From positions 963,402-983,423 of the forward strand of contig CP070655.1 of NCBI GenBank assembly GCA_020354945.1: a DNA stretch of 20,022 bases, in the 5' to 3' direction. The stretch's first letter is position 1, and the number at the start of each line of letters is the position of its first letter. Positions 17,735 to 20,022 of the stretch are shown here, in pieces. The position numbers and the translations under genes were made by a program. Origin of the DNA: Candidatus Omnitrophota bacterium (GTDB lineage Bacteria > Omnitrophota > Gorgyraeia > JABMRG01 > JAFGKX01). The notes under the pieces were generated by a model. That model searched no databases. It saw nothing but the letters and a program-made list of their open reading frames with translations, and had not been told where the DNA came from.

Positions 17735-17820
17735 CCCTCCAATGCTCGTATTCGTCGCATTGTTTCCCTCACATTCGTTCGGGGCAGGCGGGAGGAAATT
17801 TACTTCGTAAATTTTGGAGG
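17735..17820 (+). repeat. Two-hairpin structured intergenic element, copy 2, with a 25-nt insertion (ends in the SD of gmhA)
   Basis: CCCTCC-AATGC-loop-GCATTG-T-[TTCCCTCACATTCGTTCGGGGCAGG]-CGGGAGG-AAATTTAC-TTC-GTAAATTT-T-GGAGG; homologous to 16013-16074. Confidence 0.8.
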
Positions 17821-17824
17821 CGAG

Positions 17825-18391
17825 ATGGCTGATAAGGTGACACAGATAATAAAAGAGAGCATAAGCGTAAAAGAGCAAATCTTAAAGACAATGGTTAAGG
17901 ACATCAATAAAGTAGCTGATTATATAGCCGGCAGTTTAAAGGCTGGCGGAAAAATATTGCTGTTTGGCAACGGTGGCAGTGCCGCAGATGCCCAACATAT
18001 AGCCGCTGAGCTAGTAGGGCGATTTAAATTAGAACGGCGCGGATTGGCATCTATTGCTTTAACCACCAACACGTCCACGTTGACATCTATAGGCAACGAT
18101 TATGGATATGAAGAGATCTTTTCCCGCCAAATAGAGGCATTGGCCTGCAAAGACGACATAGCTATCGGTATCTCTACAAGCGGCAACGCAAGTAATGTAA
18201 TAACAGGGATACTTGAGGCAAAAAAACGCAATCTCACCACCGTAGCTCTAACAGGTTTTGGTGGCGGGCAATTAGCGCCGCTTGTAGATATAGCTTTGAT
18301 TGTGCCTTCGCGAAATACAGCCAGAATACAAGAGGCCCATATAACAATAGGCCATGTTTTGTGCGAGATTGCGGAAGAGAAATTATTTTGA
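17825..18391 (+). CDS. gmhA: D-sedoheptulose 7-phosphate isomerase
   Basis: 'GNGGSAADAQHIAAEL', 'GNDYGY', 'FSRQ', 'STSGN', 'TARIQEAH'. Confidence 0.96.
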   Translation: MADKVTQIIKESISVKEQILKTMVKDINKVADYIAGSLKAGGKILLFGNGGSAADAQHIAAELVGRFKLERRGLASIALTTNTSTLTSIGNDYGYEEIFSRQIEALACKDDIAIGISTSGNASNVITGILEAKKRNLTTVALTGFGGGQLAPLVDIALIVPSRNTARIQEAHITIGHVLCEIAEEKLF

Positions 18392-18870
18392 GCAAAACAA
18401 AGATTAAAAATATTAAACAGCTTAAAGCAGTAATAAATAGACTCAGGAAGAAAGGTGAAAAAACAGCTTTTACTAATGGTTGTTTTGATATACTGCATCC
18501 AGGCCATATCCTATATTTAGAAGATGCAAAAAAAAGAGCGGATGTTTTAATAGTGGCATTGAATACAGATTCGTCGGTAAAGCAGATTAAGGATTCTTCA
18601 AGGCCAATAATGAAACTAAGAGACAGGCAAAGATTAGTAGCGGCGCTGGAAAGCGTTGATTACGTGACCTCGTTTTCAGAAACTACCCCGGAAAGATTAA
18701 TAAGCCAACTAAAACCCGATTTCGTTATAAAAGGCGGCGACTGGAAGGTAAAGGATATAGTAGGAAGAAAAGTTGCTGCCAGCTATGGCGGAAAGGCAGT
18801 TAGCGTAAGATACCGAAAGGGATACTCCAGCAGTAATATTATACAGAAAATTGCGCATAGATTTGGATAA
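18388..18870 (+). CDS. rfaE2: D-glycero-beta-D-manno-heptose 1-phosphate adenylyltransferase (stand-alone HldE domain II)
   Basis: 'FTNGCFDILHPGH', 'LNTDSSV', 'RP', 'KGGDW', 'GYSSSNII'. Start probably TTG 18388 (TTGA overlap with the gmhA stop) rather than 18361. Confidence 0.92.
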   Translation: MSKTKIKNIKQLKAVINRLRKKGEKTAFTNGCFDILHPGHILYLEDAKKRADVLIVALNTDSSVKQIKDSSRPIMKLRDRQRLVAALESVDYVTSFSETTPERLISQLKPDFVIKGGDWKVKDIVGRKVAASYGGKAVSVRYRKGYSSSNIIQKIAHRFG

Positions 18871-19309
18871 ACAGAAAGTTTTACGAATAATAGATGCAAA
18901 TTTGAATCGTTCCCGAGAGGGCTTAAGGGTTTGCGAGGATATTGCAAGATTTTTACTCAATGATGCGAAATCAGCACGTAGATTTAAGACAATCAGGCAA
19001 AATATTTTCTCTGCGATTAAAGATTCAAAAATAGACTATCTGGAATTATTAAAAGAAAGAGATTCTGCAGGCGATGTTGGCAAATTTACTACAAAGAAAG
19101 AGAGTGCAAGAGGCAACTGGCAATCCGTATTTTTGGCAAATATAGAAAGGGCAAAAGAATCGACCAGGGTTCTTGAAGAGCTCTTTAAGATTGTAAATAA
19201 AAGGTCAGCTGAGAAATTTAAAAAGATACGCTTTGCAATCTATGATATCGAAAAAGAAGTTATTATTAAACACCAATCTTTATCTAATAGTAAACATAAC
19301 AGATTATAA
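18863..19309 (+). CDS. ThiD2-domain protein (homologous to the N-terminal domain of cyanobacterial-type ThiE)
   Basis: 'RIIDANLNRSREGLRVCEDIARF', 'RDSAGDVG', 'ANIERAKESTRVLEE', 'IRFAIYDIEK'. Start uncertain (TTG 18851 or 18863). Confidence 0.85.
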   Translation: MDKQKVLRIIDANLNRSREGLRVCEDIARFLLNDAKSARRFKTIRQNIFSAIKDSKIDYLELLKERDSAGDVGKFTTKKESARGNWQSVFLANIERAKESTRVLEELFKIVNKRSAEKFKKIRFAIYDIEKEVIIKHQSLSNSKHNRL

Positions 19310-19922
19310 GCAGCTCAGTTTACACTATGCCCGGGCACAAAAGGCATTAAAAGCAGGGATCAAAATTTTACAGCTTAGATGCAAGGGCCTGGAGGATTCT
19401 ACGTTTTACAATCTTGCCCTGCGCTTCAGAAAACTTACCGGGATGAGGAGTTCGCTATTCATACTTAATGACAGGGTAGATATCGCTTTTAATTGTAACG
19501 CCGACGGGGTGCACCTGGGACAGAACGATTTGCCATTAGCTTGCGCAAGGAATATATTAGGAAAGAATAAAATTATCGGAAAATCCGCTCACAATTTAAA
19601 ACAGGCTCTGCAGGCCCGGTCAGAAAGAGCGGATTATATTGGTTTCGGCCCGATTTTTAAAACAAAAACTAAACCGAATGCAGATGCAATCGGGCCAGAT
19701 GCGATAAGATTACTAAAGAACATAAAAATACCCTTTTTTGTCTTAGGCGGGATTAATCAAGATAATATAAAAGAAGCAATCTCTGCAGGGGCTGGAAGAG
19801 TAGCTGTTTCAAGCGCAATTTTGTCAGGGAGAAACACTGAGGGAGCCGTAAAAAACATGGTGGGGACACTCTGCAGCATGAAAAGGATCCCGGATGGGGA
19901 CACCCTGCAGCACGAAAAGTGA
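19242..19922 (+). CDS. thiE: Thiamine-phosphate synthase
   Basis: 'LYLI', 'QLRCK', 'ILNDRVDIA', 'DGVHLGQNDL', 'IIGKSAH', 'DYIGFGPIFKTKTK', 'LGGI', 'AVSSAI'. Start ATG 19242 assumed; overlaps the ThiD2 ORF by 68 nt; the last ~20 codons are repeat-derived. Confidence 0.93.
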   Translation: MISKKKLLLNTNLYLIVNITDYKQLSLHYARAQKALKAGIKILQLRCKGLEDSTFYNLALRFRKLTGMRSSLFILNDRVDIAFNCNADGVHLGQNDLPLACARNILGKNKIIGKSAHNLKQALQARSERADYIGFGPIFKTKTKPNADAIGPDAIRLLKNIKIPFFVLGGINQDNIKEAISAGAGRVAVSSAILSGRNTEGAVKNMVGTLCSMKRIPDGDTLQHEK

Positions 19923-19963
19923 ACCAGATGTTGCAAAACTTTTCGTGCAGCAGAGTGTCCCCA
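19861..19963. repeat. Three copies of a 25-bp repeat (two direct, one inverted), REP/BIME-like
   Basis: TGGGGACACTCTGCAGCATGAAAAG (19861-19885); TGGGGACACCCTGCAGCACGAAAAG (19895-19919); the reverse complement of 19939-19963 is TGGGGACACTCTGCTGCACGAAAAG. Confidence 0.85.
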
Positions 19964-20022
19964 AGTATTTAATGACCCAGCTTCAATTAGCGAGAAAAAA
20001 TAAGATAACACACCTTATGAGG

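Noticed and set aside
19861-19963. 25-bp repeats as a mini CRISPR array
   Set aside because: Gaps are only 9 and 19 nt, the third copy is inverted, and there are no cas genes in the window.
19920-20003. Selenocysteine or readthrough at the thiE TGA (frame stays open 26 more codons; TGTTGCA/TGCAGCA stem follows)
   Set aside because: The region is repeat-derived, the extension has no recognisable domain, and the stem does not match bacterial SECIS geometry.
2838-20011. All minus-strand ORFs and short alternative-frame plus ORFs in the track (e.g. 3591..4004, 8644..9057, 16020..16202, 17147..17350, 18100..18507, 19757..20011)
   Set aside because: They are shadows of well-supported plus-strand genes or repeats, with no recognisable motifs.

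Overview
Bacterial chromosomal window. All credible genes lie on the + strand. The organism is diderm (TonB-dependent receptor, TonB-like protein, ADP-heptose genes); the gene content and order suggest Candidatus Omnitrophota/PVC or a similar uncultured anaerobe (inference only). Order: 5'-truncated BtuB-like TonB-dependent receptor, DUF71/Dph6-like ATP pyrophosphatase, TonB/TolA C-terminal-domain protein. These are followed by a tightly packed run starting at a consensus sigma70 promoter: rpsU (missed by the ORF track), M16 peptidase, speB, pyruvoyl arginine decarboxylase, AmmeMemoRadiSam B, patatin, RmuC, UPF0104 membrane protein, Trm112-like protein (missed by the ORF track), aroQ, Xaa-Pro peptidase, efp, accB, accC, Asp23, AmaP, a PPi-type Pfk, gmhA, rfaE2, ThiD2-domain protein and thiE. 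The proteins are mostly housekeeping; the unusual signal is non-coding, because many of the short spacers hold small structured repeats. The best candidate is a two-copy, two-hairpin element (16013-16074 and 17735-17820) with three compensatory base-pair changes that ends exactly in the downstream gene's GGAGG Shine-Dalgarno. Others are an identical 17-nt GGGGACAGGTCCCAATA spacer (twice), a 25-bp direct/inverted repeat trio in the thiE 3' end, a heptamer tandem array, and a hairpin in the rpsU leader. No rRNA, tRNA, CRISPR array, transposase or phage gene was seen.
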